Below, one piece after another: positions 29,975 through 39,425 of a stretch of 64,000 nucleotides of DNA; the stretch's first letter is position 1, and every line of letters begins with the position of its first letter. Location of the stretch: positions 7,800-71,799 of the forward strand of contig JBKQLU010000023.1 in assembly GCA_052326585.1 (NCBI GenBank). The letters run 5' to 3'. Made by a program: the position numbers and the translations under genes. The notes beneath the pieces were generated by a model. The model was not told where the DNA came from. It did no database searches and saw nothing but the letters and a program-made list of their open reading frames with translations. Origin of the DNA: Desulfobaccales bacterium (GTDB lineage Bacteria > Desulfobacterota > Desulfobaccia > Desulfobaccales > 0-14-0-80-60-11).

Positions 29975-30141
29975 GGGCGGGGGTTTCAAGAGGCGCGCCC
30001 GCCGCTCCCAGCAGCCCGTGGTTGCCAGCCCCGGGCGGCGCCGCGGTCATCGGCGCGGCCCGCCGTTTAAGTCCCGCAGGCCCTTTACATTCCGGACCGC
30101 AGGTTATAATTTAGAGAAAAAGCCACCACCAGGGAGGGCCG

Positions 30142-31158
30142 ATGATTCCGGCGAGATTGTGGGAAAGCCTGGAGGACCGCAAGGTTCTGTGCCATTTGTG
30201 CGCCCATCAATGCCAGATCGACCCGGGGAAGCGGGGCCTCTGCCACGTCCGGGAAAACCGCGACGGCAGCCTATATAGCCTCAATTACGGCCGGGTCATC
30301 GCCGAGCACATCGACCCCATCGAGAAGAAGCCTCTCTTCCACTTTCTGCCCGGCACCCGCTCTTACTCCATCGCCACGGCGGGCTGCAATTTCATGTGCC
30401 TGCATTGTCAGAACTACGATATTTCCCAGTATCCCAGGGTCCACGGCGGCCTGATCCAGGGGGAGGAACGGGAGCCGGAGGCCATTGTGGCCTACGCCCT
30501 GGCCTCCCATTCGGCCAGCATCGCTTACACCTACACCGAGCCCACCATCTTTCTGGAGTACGCCCAGGACGTGGGGAAACTGGCCCGGGAGCAGGGCCTG
30601 AAGAACGTCTTCGTGTCCAACGGCTTCATGACGGAGCAGTCCGCCACGGCGCTGGCGGCCTTCGCCGATGCCGACAACGTGGATCTGAAGAGCATTAGCG
30701 ACGATTTCTACCGCAAGGTCTGCAAGGCCAGGGTGCAGCCGGTGCTGGACACCATCGTGCGCCTCAAGCAGTTGGGGGTCTGGCTGGAGCTCACCACCCT
30801 GATCATTCCCGGCCACAACGATTCGGTGGCAGAGCTCAGCGAAATCGCCCAGTTTATCCGGGGTGTGGGCCCGGAGGTGCCCTGGCACGTCACCGCCTTT
30901 CACCCCACCTTCAAGATGATGGACCGCCCCGCCACCCCGGTGGCCACCCTGCGCCGGGCCCGGGAGATCGGGCTCCAGGCCGGGCTGCGCTACGTTTACA
31001 CCGGCAACATACCTCCCGGGGAGGGTGGGGAAAACACCCTTTGTTACGGCTGTCAGGAACTCCTCATCGAACGCCAGGGCTATACTATCCGGCGCTACCT
31101 GCTGAAAGACGGCAAATGCCCCAAGTGCCAGACCCCCATTGACGGGGTGTGGAAGTAG
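30142..31158 (+). CDS. AmmeMemoRadiSam-system-type radical SAM enzyme (PflA-like activase fold)
   Basis: 338 aa. N-terminal CHLCAHQC...GLCHVR, the CNFMCLHCQN radical SAM cluster, and a C-terminal CYGC...CPKC. This pattern is typical of that family. Confidence 0.8.
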   Translation: MIPARLWESLEDRKVLCHLCAHQCQIDPGKRGLCHVRENRDGSLYSLNYGRVIAEHIDPIEKKPLFHFLPGTRSYSIATAGCNFMCLHCQNYDISQYPRVHGGLIQGEEREPEAIVAYALASHSASIAYTYTEPTIFLEYAQDVGKLAREQGLKNVFVSNGFMTEQSATALAAFADADNVDLKSISDDFYRKVCKARVQPVLDTIVRLKQLGVWLELTTLIIPGHNDSVAELSEIAQFIRGVGPEVPWHVTAFHPTFKMMDRPATPVATLRRAREIGLQAGLRYVYTGNIPPGEGGENTLCYGCQELLIERQGYTIRRYLLKDGKCPKCQTPIDGVWK

Positions 31159-31217
31159 TATAGGGCCGCCAGTGGCCCAGGCTTCCAGGCTGGGAGCGGG
31201 CCGCCCGGTGCCGCCCC

Positions 31218-32447
31218 TTAATGAAAGTTATGCAACTGCTCTTCGATCTCCTTAAGCTTGCGCTCCCGGTCTGCCACCGGTACCAGGTTGTCCTGCAGGA
31301 TCTCCCTGGAAACCAGCAAGCCCGCCAGGTGGTTGCCCTTGATGTTCCAATGGGAGTTGGCCCGCCAGTAAAGGTCTTTATCCGAAGACAGGTAGCGGCG
31401 GGGGGTCTCGTCGGCATACCGGCGGAAGAGGGGTAGGAGGTCCAGATAGCGGATCTGCTCTCGCTGCAAAAAGTCTCCCAGGATGCGGTCGGGTCGCTCC
31501 AGGTCGATCTGCCGGCCTCCGGTGAGAAAGGGGTAGACCTGGATGTTGGTGGGAATCAGCACCACCAGTAGCTCGGCCCCCTGGGCCGCGGCCAGTTCCT
31601 TAAAGGCCTTCAGGTTTTCTTCATGCTTAGCCCAGGCCCCGGCCGGGGGGTTCGGGGAAAAAGCCGTAAAATCGAGGGGAGAGTTATAAGAATAATGAGG
31701 CGGGAAGAGGCGGACCAGGGAATCGTCGATCAGGTTGACCAGGATGAAGTGCTGTTCCAGGAAAAGATTAGTCATCTCCCGGAAACTCAGGGGATAGTTC
31801 CCGGCCAGTTTATCCCAGAAGGTATAGGACTTTCCCAGGGTCTCGACGGCAAGGCGGCCGCTCCGGCGGTCTTTATAGGGCGCCGAGGGCACCAGGTAGC
31901 CGTCCACCACCGTCAGGTTGGGAAAGGAGTAGTCATCGTCCAGGTCGTTCCAGAAATAGCCCACGATAATCAGGCGAGGGCTGCGGTGGATACGGGCGAT
32001 GATTTCCTGTGCCTTTAAAAGCTCCTGCCTGGTGCCGTAGCCGTTGACCCCGGCCTTGATAACCCGGTAGTTCAGGAGTTTTTCGATGCGGGTGCCCCAT
32101 TTGTCCTCGAAAGGGGCATAGCTGTGGGTGAAGCTGTCCCCCACCAGGAGGATGGGGTCCGGTTCCCCCCGGTAAGGTTCATCGAAACAGCCCAACTCGT
32201 TGGACCAGATGTCGTACTCCACAGAGTTGTAATCCACCGAGGTCCGCATCTTGCCTACGTTGGGGCGGATGTCGAAGCCTTTGGCGGCGTCGAACTGGTA
32301 ATAGTAGCGGATGTGCCGGTCCCGGAGCAGCAGGCGGCGGTATGGGGTGAAGTGCAGGGCGGCCTCCAGCAAGAGTGCCACCACCAGCAGGCTGGCCAGG
32401 ATCAGGGTCAGGTTCGCCAGGAATCTTTTCAGCTTTCCAGGGATCAT
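31218..32447 (-). CDS. Membrane-anchored SGNH-hydrolase-like protein, AlgX/AlgJ-type
   Basis: 409 aa with an N-terminal TM anchor. Block I is LLVGDSFTHS and a later NSHW motif resembles the AlgJ/AlgX DxHW signature. Confidence 0.6.
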   Translation of the reverse strand: MIPGKLKRFLANLTLILASLLVVALLLEAALHFTPYRRLLLRDRHIRYYYQFDAAKGFDIRPNVGKMRTSVDYNSVEYDIWSNELGCFDEPYRGEPDPILLVGDSFTHSYAPFEDKWGTRIEKLLNYRVIKAGVNGYGTRQELLKAQEIIARIHRSPRLIIVGYFWNDLDDDYSFPNLTVVDGYLVPSAPYKDRRSGRLAVETLGKSYTFWDKLAGNYPLSFREMTNLFLEQHFILVNLIDDSLVRLFPPHYSYNSPLDFTAFSPNPPAGAWAKHEENLKAFKELAAAQGAELLVVLIPTNIQVYPFLTGGRQIDLERPDRILGDFLQREQIRYLDLLPLFRRYADETPRRYLSSDKDLYWRANSHWNIKGNHLAGLLVSREILQDNLVPVADRERKLKEIEEQLHNFH

Positions 32448-32617
32448 AATTGTATCGTTAGGGTAGATTTAGCTGTTAATCAGGCAATTCCGGTCCCTGG
32501 CGGGGGGTAGCCAACCTGGCTGGCAGGGTCCGATAAAGTAATAAGTCAGAGCCGGCGCCCTGGGGAGCGCTGCGCTCCGCGGCCCCATTCACTATCAAAG
32601 GCTATCGCCGCCGCTCC

Positions 32618-33157
32618 CTACCACTCAATCCCGCGGCGGGCCGGGACCCGGGCGGCAGAGTAATGCTTCAGGGGCCGCATTTCCGTCACCAGGTCCGCCA
32701 GTGCGATGAGTTCCGGCGGGGCCTGGCGGCCGGTGAGGACCACCTCCACCCAGGGGGGCCGCCGGCGCAGCGCCTCCAGCCCCTCCTCCAGGGGGATGAG
32801 GTTAAAGGCCAGGGCCAGGTTGAATTCGTCCAGGATCACCAGGTCGTGCTCTCCTGCCTGCAGGACCTGCCGGGCCAGGTCCCAGGCCTCCCGGACCAGG
32901 GCCAGATCTTCAGGGGCCGGGGCCCGCAGGTTCACCAGGGCGCCGCGTCCGAAATGACGCAGAGTGAATTCCGGGGCCAGGCGCTGGGCGGCAATCAAGG
33001 CCTCACCGGTGTCCCGGCCCTTCATGAACTGCACCATGAAGACCCGGAATCCCTGGCCGATGGCTCGCAGGCCCAGGCCCAGGGCGCAGGTGGTCTTGCC
33101 CTTGCCGTCCCCGGTATACACCTGCAGCAGCCCCTGGGTCAGACGTTCCCTGGGCAT
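32618..33157 (-). CDS. cobO: Cob(I)yrinic acid a,c-diamide adenosyltransferase
   Basis: 179 aa. VYTGDGKGKTTCALGLGLRAIGQGFRVFMVQFMKG and DLVILDEF. Confidence 0.9.
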   Translation of the reverse strand: MPRERLTQGLLQVYTGDGKGKTTCALGLGLRAIGQGFRVFMVQFMKGRDTGEALIAAQRLAPEFTLRHFGRGALVNLRAPAPEDLALVREAWDLARQVLQAGEHDLVILDEFNLALAFNLIPLEEGLEALRRRPPWVEVVLTGRQAPPELIALADLVTEMRPLKHYSAARVPARRGIEW

Positions 33158-33455
33158 AATAGTCTCCGTGAAGCGATTCTTCTCATAGGCGTCGATCCCG
33201 CTATTCTTGCAAATGTGACGGCCAGGGTCAATGGAAGGCTCAGACCCAAGGAAAGAACGACTTGCACTTGGCAGACGGCGTCAATTCAGGTAACATCTGG
33301 CACGATTACTAGCACCGACCCGAAGCTGGTGAAATGGTGGCGTAGAGCCGGCGCCCTCGCCGGCCTCATAACCGCCCGGGCCGCGATTCTCCACCTTCAG
33401 TTTTCACAAAACGGGAGCCTGCGGCGCCGGGCCTTATTATTGTAGCTGGTTAATA

Positions 33456-34013
33456 ATGTATCATAGCGAACCCTTACCGGCAAACTTCGAGGTGGCTCTG
33501 ATCCTGGGGGGCGCCCGCAGCGGCAAGAGCCGCTACGGCCTTTCCCTGGCTGAGTCTTTTTCGGCCCCCCGCCTCTTCCTGGCCACCGGCGAGGCTCGGG
33601 ATGAGGAGATGGCGGCCCGCATCGCCGCCCACCAGGAGGAACGGGGTCCCGGCTGGGAGACCCGGGAGGCGCCCTCGGAATTGCCGGAGGCCATCGGCCA
33701 GGGGCAGGGGCGCTATGGCGTTATCCTGGTTGATTGCCTCACCATGTGGCTGGCCAATCTGATGCTCCGGGAAACAGCCGCGGCGGACGACTGGCAGTCA
33801 GGGAGCCGGCGCCTGCTGGCGCTGCTTTCGAGGCTCACCACCCCCACCATCTTCATCAGTAATGAGGTGGGTCTGGGGATTGTCCCGGAGAGCCCCCTGG
33901 CCCGCAGGTACCGGGACGGCCTTGGCTGGCTGCACCAGCAGGTGGCCCGGGCCGCAGACCTGGTGGTCCTGGTGGCGGCAGGGTTGCCGCTGGTTCTAAA
34001 AAAGGGGAGCTGA
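33456..34013 (+). CDS. cobU: Adenosylcobinamide kinase / adenosylcobinamide-phosphate guanylyltransferase
   Basis: 185 aa. P-loop GGARSGKS, ILVDCLTMWLAN, and ISNEVGLGIVP. Confidence 0.9.
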   Translation: MYHSEPLPANFEVALILGGARSGKSRYGLSLAESFSAPRLFLATGEARDEEMAARIAAHQEERGPGWETREAPSELPEAIGQGQGRYGVILVDCLTMWLANLMLRETAAADDWQSGSRRLLALLSRLTTPTIFISNEVGLGIVPESPLARRYRDGLGWLHQQVARAADLVVLVAAGLPLVLKKGS

Positions 34014-34134
34014 TCGGCTGGCGGCGCCCCCCGCCTGGCGCAGGCAATTTCTGCCGCAAAGACGCGATAAGGCAGAAGCGCTGCTTTAAAGATATCCTGA
34101 AAATCAGTCTCTAAAGGTAAAAGGTAAATTTTCC

Positions 34135-35196
34135 ATGATGCAGGAATTATCCCGAATAATCGCCCAGATAGAACCGGTGGACCCCGCTTGGCTGGCCCGG
34201 GCCCAGGAGCGCCTGGACTCCCTCACCAAGCCCCCGGGCAGCCTGGGTCGCCTGGAGGAGCTGGCAGCCCGCTATGTGGCCATCCGCCAGGACCCCTGGC
34301 CGGAGCTCACGAGAAAATGGGTGGTGATTTTCGCCGCGGATCATGGGGTGGTGGCCGAAGGAGTGAGCGCCTTCCCCCAGGACGTCACCTTTCAGATGGT
34401 TTACAACTTCCTCCACGGCGGCGCGGGCATCAATGTCCTGGCCCGCCATGCCCAGGCCCGGGTGGAAGTAGTGGACATCGGAGTCAACCACGATTTCGCC
34501 GCGGCCCCGGAACTCATCTCCCGCAAGGTGGCCCACGGCTCCCGGAATATGGCCCGGGAGCCGGCCATGACCCGGGAGGAAGCCCTGCGGGCCCTGCTGG
34601 TGGGGGTGGAACGGTCTGCAGCAGCCACTGCCGCCGGGGTGGACCTGATTGCCGCCGGCGACATGGGTATCGGCAACACTACCCCGGCTTCGGCCCTGAC
34701 CTCGGTATTCAGCGGCCAGCCGGTGAGCGTGGTCACCGGCCGGGGCACCGGCATCGAGGATAAGGTTTGGCAACACAAGGTGGAGGTCATCAACCGGGCC
34801 CTCACCCTGCACCGGCCGGACCCGGGCGACCCTCTGGGGACCCTGGCCGCGGTGGGGGGCCTGGAGATTGCCGGGATCGCCGGGCTGATCCTGGGATGCG
34901 CCGCGGCCCGGCGGCCGCTGCTGCTGGATGGCTTCATCGCCAGCGCCGGGGCCCTGGTGGCCGCGGCCCTGGCGCCGGCGGTTACCGATTATCTCATCGC
35001 CGCCCATCGCTCGGTGGAGCCGGGACATCAGATGGCATTGGATTACCTGAAGCTGAACCCCTTGCTGCATCTCAATATGCGGCTGGGAGAGGGCACCGGC
35101 GCCGCCCTGGGGATGCTGCTGGTGGAGGCCGGCCTCAAGATCTACCGGGAGATGGCCACCTTCGCCGAGGCCGGGGTCTCCGAAAAGGAGGGGTAG
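34135..35196 (+). CDS. cobT: Nicotinate-nucleotide--dimethylbenzimidazole phosphoribosyltransferase
   Basis: 353 aa. LTKPPGSLGRLEELA, GDMGIGNTT and LGEGTGAAL. Confidence 0.92.
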   Translation: MMQELSRIIAQIEPVDPAWLARAQERLDSLTKPPGSLGRLEELAARYVAIRQDPWPELTRKWVVIFAADHGVVAEGVSAFPQDVTFQMVYNFLHGGAGINVLARHAQARVEVVDIGVNHDFAAAPELISRKVAHGSRNMAREPAMTREEALRALLVGVERSAAATAAGVDLIAAGDMGIGNTTPASALTSVFSGQPVSVVTGRGTGIEDKVWQHKVEVINRALTLHRPDPGDPLGTLAAVGGLEIAGIAGLILGCAAARRPLLLDGFIASAGALVAAALAPAVTDYLIAAHRSVEPGHQMALDYLKLNPLLHLNMRLGEGTGAALGMLLVEAGLKIYREMATFAEAGVSEKEG

Positions 35197-35322
35197 CCCT
35201 TCTCAGGCTTAGGGCGACGGCGGCACGGGCTGCCAGCCGGTGCGGGGGCCGCCCCGGGCGACTCGCTGGACCGGCCGGATGCTGGTACCCCGCCGCCCCT
35301 GCCAGTCAACCTGGAAAATCCG

Positions 35323-36060
35323 ATGAACTGCAGCTTTCCTCTGGCTCTCACCTTTCTCACCAAGGCCCCCTGGCCCCGGAGGCCGCAGGCCACGCCGCAG
35401 GACCTGGCCGGCTCCCTGTTCTGGTTTCCCTGGGTGGGGGCCCTGCTGGGTCTGATTTTCCTGGGGAGCTGGCTGGGGTTATCCCGGGTGCTGCCGTTGC
35501 CGGCGGCCGCGGCCCTGCTGCTTTGCCTCAGTGTCTGGAGCACCGGCGGCCTCCATCTGGATGGCCTGGCGGATACCATGGACGGACTCGGCGGCGGCCA
35601 CACCCCGGAAGAGCGGCAGCGCCTCATGAAGGACTCCCGGGTGGGCGCCTTCGGGGTGATGAGCCTGATCCTGGGGTTGCTGCTGAAATTCGCCTGCTTT
35701 CTGGCCGCCGGGGAGAGAGGCTGGCGCGTCGAGTTCATCTTCTATCCCATGGTGAGCCGCTGGGGCATGGTGCTCCTCGCCTATCTCTCCCCTTACGCCC
35801 GTCCGGAAGGAGGACTGGGGCAGGCCATGACCGCCGTGAGCCGCCGCACCGCGGCCGGGGCCGGTCTCAGCGCCCTGGGGTTGGCGGTGTTGTTGCTGAG
35901 ACTCGAGGGCCTGCTCCTCTGGGTCGGGGCCGGGGTCCTCATCTGGCTCTTAAGCCGGTATTTTAAGAAGACCCTGGGCGGCATCACCGGAGATGTCCTG
36001 GGCGCGGCCAACGAGGTGGTGGAGGTGGCGGTATTGGTGGGAGCCCTGCTCTTTAGTTAA
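35323..36060 (+). CDS. cobS: Adenosylcobinamide-GDP ribazoletransferase (cobalamin synthase)
   Basis: 245 aa membrane protein with HLDGLADTMDG and ITGDVLGA motifs. Confidence 0.88.
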   Translation: MNCSFPLALTFLTKAPWPRRPQATPQDLAGSLFWFPWVGALLGLIFLGSWLGLSRVLPLPAAAALLLCLSVWSTGGLHLDGLADTMDGLGGGHTPEERQRLMKDSRVGAFGVMSLILGLLLKFACFLAAGERGWRVEFIFYPMVSRWGMVLLAYLSPYARPEGGLGQAMTAVSRRTAAGAGLSALGLAVLLLRLEGLLLWVGAGVLIWLLSRYFKKTLGGITGDVLGAANEVVEVAVLVGALLFS

Positions 36061-36221
36061 GTTCAAGGTTAAAAGTTCAAAGTTCAAAGTTGACCAGAGG
36101 CGTATTTAGCCTTGAATTATGAACGATGAACTGAAGGCGATAATTAGGGTCCGGGGCCCGTGGAGCTTCCCATTTGCCATTCTTCTGATAAAATTTAAGC
36201 GAATTTCATCAAAAACCTAAA

Positions 36222-37374
36222 TGGAGATCGCTCATGCTACCCGACGTCATGGAAATCCGGGTCAAGATAAGTGAATTTAAAGACCGGCTGGAAGTGCTCC
36301 GAGGTCATCTTTGATCTGGCTGGAAAACAGGTGCGATTGCGCCATTTGGAAGAATTGCTGGCCGCCCCGGAACTCTGGGACGACCAGGCCCGGGCCGCGG
36401 AGATCCTCAAGGAGCGCGGCGCCTTGCGTCAGGCCCTGGAGGAATGGCAAGTGAAGGAACGCCAGGTAGAGGACCTGGAGGTGCTCCTGGACCTGGCGGT
36501 GGAAGAGGAAGACCACAAGGCCTTTAAGGAAGCCGCCGGCGAGCTCACTAAACTGGAGGAGACCTTCCGGGACTGGGAACTGAAACTGCTGCTGGGCGGC
36601 GAGGAAGACCAGCTCAACGCCATCGTTACCATCCACGCCGGCGCCGGCGGCACCGAGGCCCAGGATTGGACCGAAATTCTCTTGCGCATGTATTTGCGCT
36701 ACGCCGAACGCCACGGCTTCAAGAGCGAAACCATCGACCTCCTGCCGGGCGATGAAGCCGGGGTCAAGAGCGTCACCTTCAGCGTTTCCGGCCCTTACGC
36801 CCATGGCTACCTGAAGAGCGAATCCGGCATCCACCGGCTGGTGCGCATCTCACCCTTCGACGCCAGCGGCCGCCGCCATACCTCTTTTGCCGCGGTCCAG
36901 GTACTGCCGGAGGTGGACGACCGCATCCAGATCGACATCCAGGAGAAAGACCTGCGCATCGACACCTTCCGGGCCAGTGGTCCCGGCGGCCAGCACGTCA
37001 ACAAGACCTCCTCGGCGGTGCGCCTCACCCATATGCCCAGCGGCATCGTGGTCTCCTCCCAGACGGAGCGCTCCCAGCACCGCAACCGGGAGTTGGCCAT
37101 GAAGGTCCTCAGGGCCCGGCTCTATAACCTGGAAAAACGGAAGCGGGAAGAGAAGAAGCAGGAGATGCAGGAGTCCCACAAAGACATCGCCTGGGGCAGC
37201 CAGATTCGCTCCTACGTTATGCAGCCCTACCGGCTGGTGAAAGACCACCGTACCAAGCGCGAGGCCGGCAACGTCGAGGCGGTCCTGGACGGCGACCTGG
37301 ACGGCTTCATCGAGGCCTATCTCCTGGAAGGAGACGAAAAGAAGGAACTTCAGGCGCCGGCTAACGGCCGCTGA
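36222..37374 (+). CDS. prfB: Peptide chain release factor 2, requires a programmed +1 frameshift
   Basis: Frame 0 gives MEIAHATDVMEIRVKISEFKDRLEVLRGHL and stops at TGA 36312-36314. The +1 frame continues DLAGKQVRLRHLEE... through SPF and GGQHVNKT to 37374. The start could instead be the ATG at 36249. Confidence 0.9.
36301..36315 (+). promoter_or_regulatory. prfB +1 frameshift site (internal SD-like GAGG, then CTT TGA T)
   Basis: GAGGTCATCTTTGAT has the same layout as the classical AGGGGGUAUCUUUGAC site: the SD-like element sits 3 nt before the CUU slippery codon, followed by an in-frame UGA. Confidence 0.85.
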
Positions 37375-37519
37375 TCCCCACTTCGGCCCCGCATGGACCA
37401 CCTTCTGGCAAAAGAGGCCAGGCGGGATTGAAAATAACCCCCTGAAATTCCCCTAAATCCCCCTTTTCCCCAGGTGGACTTTAATACCCCGGGGACTCAG
37501 GTTTTCTTGACGCGCCCCC

Positions 37520-38095
37520 TCAGCGCCCGCCAGCCTGCTTCAAATTCTTGCCTGCGGCCCAGGCCTTGCCGGCCCGCGCGCCCACGGTCCAATAATGGTT
37601 GTCCGGCATAGTGAGCACCAGGGGATTGACCTTCAAGATATCGGGCTGGCCGTCGGTGAGGCAGTCCTCATCGGCATAAGCGGCCACGATCTCGCCGATG
37701 CACAGATGGCTGCCGGGGAGTTCCACCACTTCATAAAGGCGGCACTCCAGGCCCAGGGGACACTCCTCGATCAGGGGGGCGGTCTCCAGCTCCCCGTAAA
37801 AGACCCGGAAGAGACTGGACTTGTCCACCTGGCGCCCCGAAACCAGGCCGCAGTAGTCGGCCTTTTCCATGAGGCCGGCCCCGGGGAAATTGACGCTGAA
37901 GGTTTGGTGCTGCCGGATGCCCCCGGAGGTGAAGCGGGCCTTATTGAGGGACACCGCCAGGAGCGGCGGCTCGCGGTTGACCCGCATGACCCAGGCTACG
38001 GCCAGGAAATTGGCCCGCCCCTCCACGGTGGCCCCCACCAGGGTGACCGGCATGGGATAGATGAAGGCGTTGGCGCCGAGATTGACCTTGGCCAC
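37520..38095 (-). CDS. Flavin reductase-like (FMN-binding split-barrel) protein
   Basis: 191 aa. YPMPVTLVGATVEGRANFLAVAWV is typical of the flavin reductase domain. It is a tandem paralogue of the upstream gene. Confidence 0.8.
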   Translation of the reverse strand: MAKVNLGANAFIYPMPVTLVGATVEGRANFLAVAWVMRVNREPPLLAVSLNKARFTSGGIRQHQTFSVNFPGAGLMEKADYCGLVSGRQVDKSSLFRVFYGELETAPLIEECPLGLECRLYEVVELPGSHLCIGEIVAAYADEDCLTDGQPDILKVNPLVLTMPDNHYWTVGARAGKAWAAGKNLKQAGGR

Positions 38096-38661
38096 TAAAG
38101 GTCCCTGCCGATGGCGAAGGCCTGGCCCAGGTACTTGCCGATGCCGTGGTAGGTGCGGACCTCCGGGCCAAAGATCATGGGCCGTACCTTTTCGATGTCC
38201 GGGAAGCCCTGGTCCCCCAGGACCGCCTCATCGGCCTTGACGTCCAGGATCTCTCCGATGAACTGGGTGTGCAGGCCGATCTCGATGGTATGGATCACCT
38301 TGCACTCCAGCACCAGGGGGAATTCCCCCACAAAGGGGGCGTCCACCAGGGTGCTGCTCACCGGGGTGAGGTGGGCCCGGTCGAATTTGTTCACCTCCCG
38401 GCCGCTGACGATCCCGAAATAATCGGCCTCCTTGATATAGGTCTCGGAAGGCACGCTGACGGTGAAGGCGCCCCGGGCCTTGAGATTGCCGTAGGAATAG
38501 GTGGCCTGGCGCAGGGAAACCGCCAGGCAGGGCGGCTTGGAACAGCAGATGCACCCCCACGCCGCGGTCATGGCGTTGGCCTTGCCGTTGGCGTCGTAAG
38601 TCCCTACTACCCAGACCGGGGTGGGAAAGGCCATGGTCCTGGGGCCGAGTGATTTTTTCAT
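38095..38661 (-). CDS. Flavin reductase-like (FMN-binding split-barrel) protein
   Basis: 188 aa. FPTPVWVVGTYDANGKANAMTAAWG. Its stop abuts the start of the paralogue. Confidence 0.8.
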   Translation of the reverse strand: MKKSLGPRTMAFPTPVWVVGTYDANGKANAMTAAWGCICCSKPPCLAVSLRQATYSYGNLKARGAFTVSVPSETYIKEADYFGIVSGREVNKFDRAHLTPVSSTLVDAPFVGEFPLVLECKVIHTIEIGLHTQFIGEILDVKADEAVLGDQGFPDIEKVRPMIFGPEVRTYHGIGKYLGQAFAIGRDL

Positions 38662-38932
38662 CGCACACCTCCTGGATTAAATTTAAGACTTACAGGATAA
38701 AAAACAAGAGAAAAAGGGGATACCGATAGGCGCTGGGAGTCACCAAGGGAATTCTCCATTGCCAGGCTTTTTCTTCTTGCCTTCTAGTGAACAAATGTTC
38801 ATAATTATAAGTGACGATCAGGACCAGGGTTTGGGGCGCCCCGGCGCAAGCGGCCGTGGCTGCCAGTGCCGGCGCGGACAGAAGTAGAGTTACCCTGCTG
38901 AAATCCAAAAATTTTCTTTATAGGAGAAGGTT

Positions 38933-39325
38933 ATGAAGATTGCAGTTGCTTCGGATGATGGCACTGGACTCGCCCAGCATTTCGGGCGCAGCCGCTATTT
39001 TCTGGTTTTTAATGTCTCGGATGGGCAAATCACCGGCCCGGAGGCGCGTCCCAACGGCTGCACCGCGTCCGCCCAGGGTGAATGCGGCCATGAGCCCCAT
39101 GATCATCATGATCACCACGCCCATAGTCACGATGCTCTGGTTACAGCCCTGAGAGACTGCCAGGTAGTATTAGCCGGGGGTATGGGCCGCCGGGCCGCCA
39201 TGGATTTAGAGGCCCACGGGATCAAGCCCCTGGCGGTGTCTTTCTCCGGACCGGCACTGGAGGCCGTCCAGGCTTACCTCTCCGGATCCATCCAACCTCT
39301 GGGCGCCTGGTGCCGCGGTCATTAA
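38933..39325 (+). CDS. NifB/NifX-family (dinitrogenase FeMo-cofactor-binding fold) protein with a His-rich insert
   Basis: 130 aa. MKIAVASDDGTGLAQHFGRSRYFLVF and VVLAGGMGRRAAMDLEAHGIKP match the family. The insert reads ECGHEPHDHHDHHAHSHD. Confidence 0.75.
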   Translation: MKIAVASDDGTGLAQHFGRSRYFLVFNVSDGQITGPEARPNGCTASAQGECGHEPHDHHDHHAHSHDALVTALRDCQVVLAGGMGRRAAMDLEAHGIKPLAVSFSGPALEAVQAYLSGSIQPLGAWCRGH

Positions 39326-39425
39326 TAAATCGGCCCGTTTAGAAAAACCCGCTTCACCAGAAAAGAAATGAGCCTGGCAAATCTTCCGGTTTGCCAGGCT
39401 CCCTTGGTTTTGGTTCAAAGGAATA

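Noticed and set aside
29733-30278. 181-codon plus-strand ORF spanning the tRNA-His locus.
   Set aside because: It runs antisense through the tRNA gene and its promoter. Its translation is Pro/Arg/Gly-rich and it uses a TTG start with no RBS. It is treated as spurious.
33158-33455. Possible cobalamin riboswitch in the 298-bp divergent spacer between cobO and cobU. Minus-strand strings GGUGGAGAAUC, GCCACC and GCCAGAUGUUACCUG vaguely recall the core and the B12 box.
   Set aside because: The flanking sequences do not form the P4 hairpin expected around the GGUG..AAUC segment. The CCCGC/ACUGU core and the terminal GCC of the B12 box are missing. It is worth a cmsearch with the Rfam cobalamin models, but the sequence I can read does not support a call.
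36073-36093. AAGTTCA x2 plus AAGTTGA (three heptamer units) just after cobS, with a nearby TTCAAGG/CCTTGAA inverted pair.
   Set aside because: It is too short and degenerate to distinguish from chance in an AT-rich spacer. It may simply be part of the prfB promoter region.
38690-38932. GC-rich structured-looking leader upstream of the NifX-like gene, considered as a possible Moco or other riboswitch.
   Set aside because: Only small local palindromes (GCGCC-CC-GGCGC, UGGC-U-GCCA) were found. No match to any riboswitch consensus I can recall.
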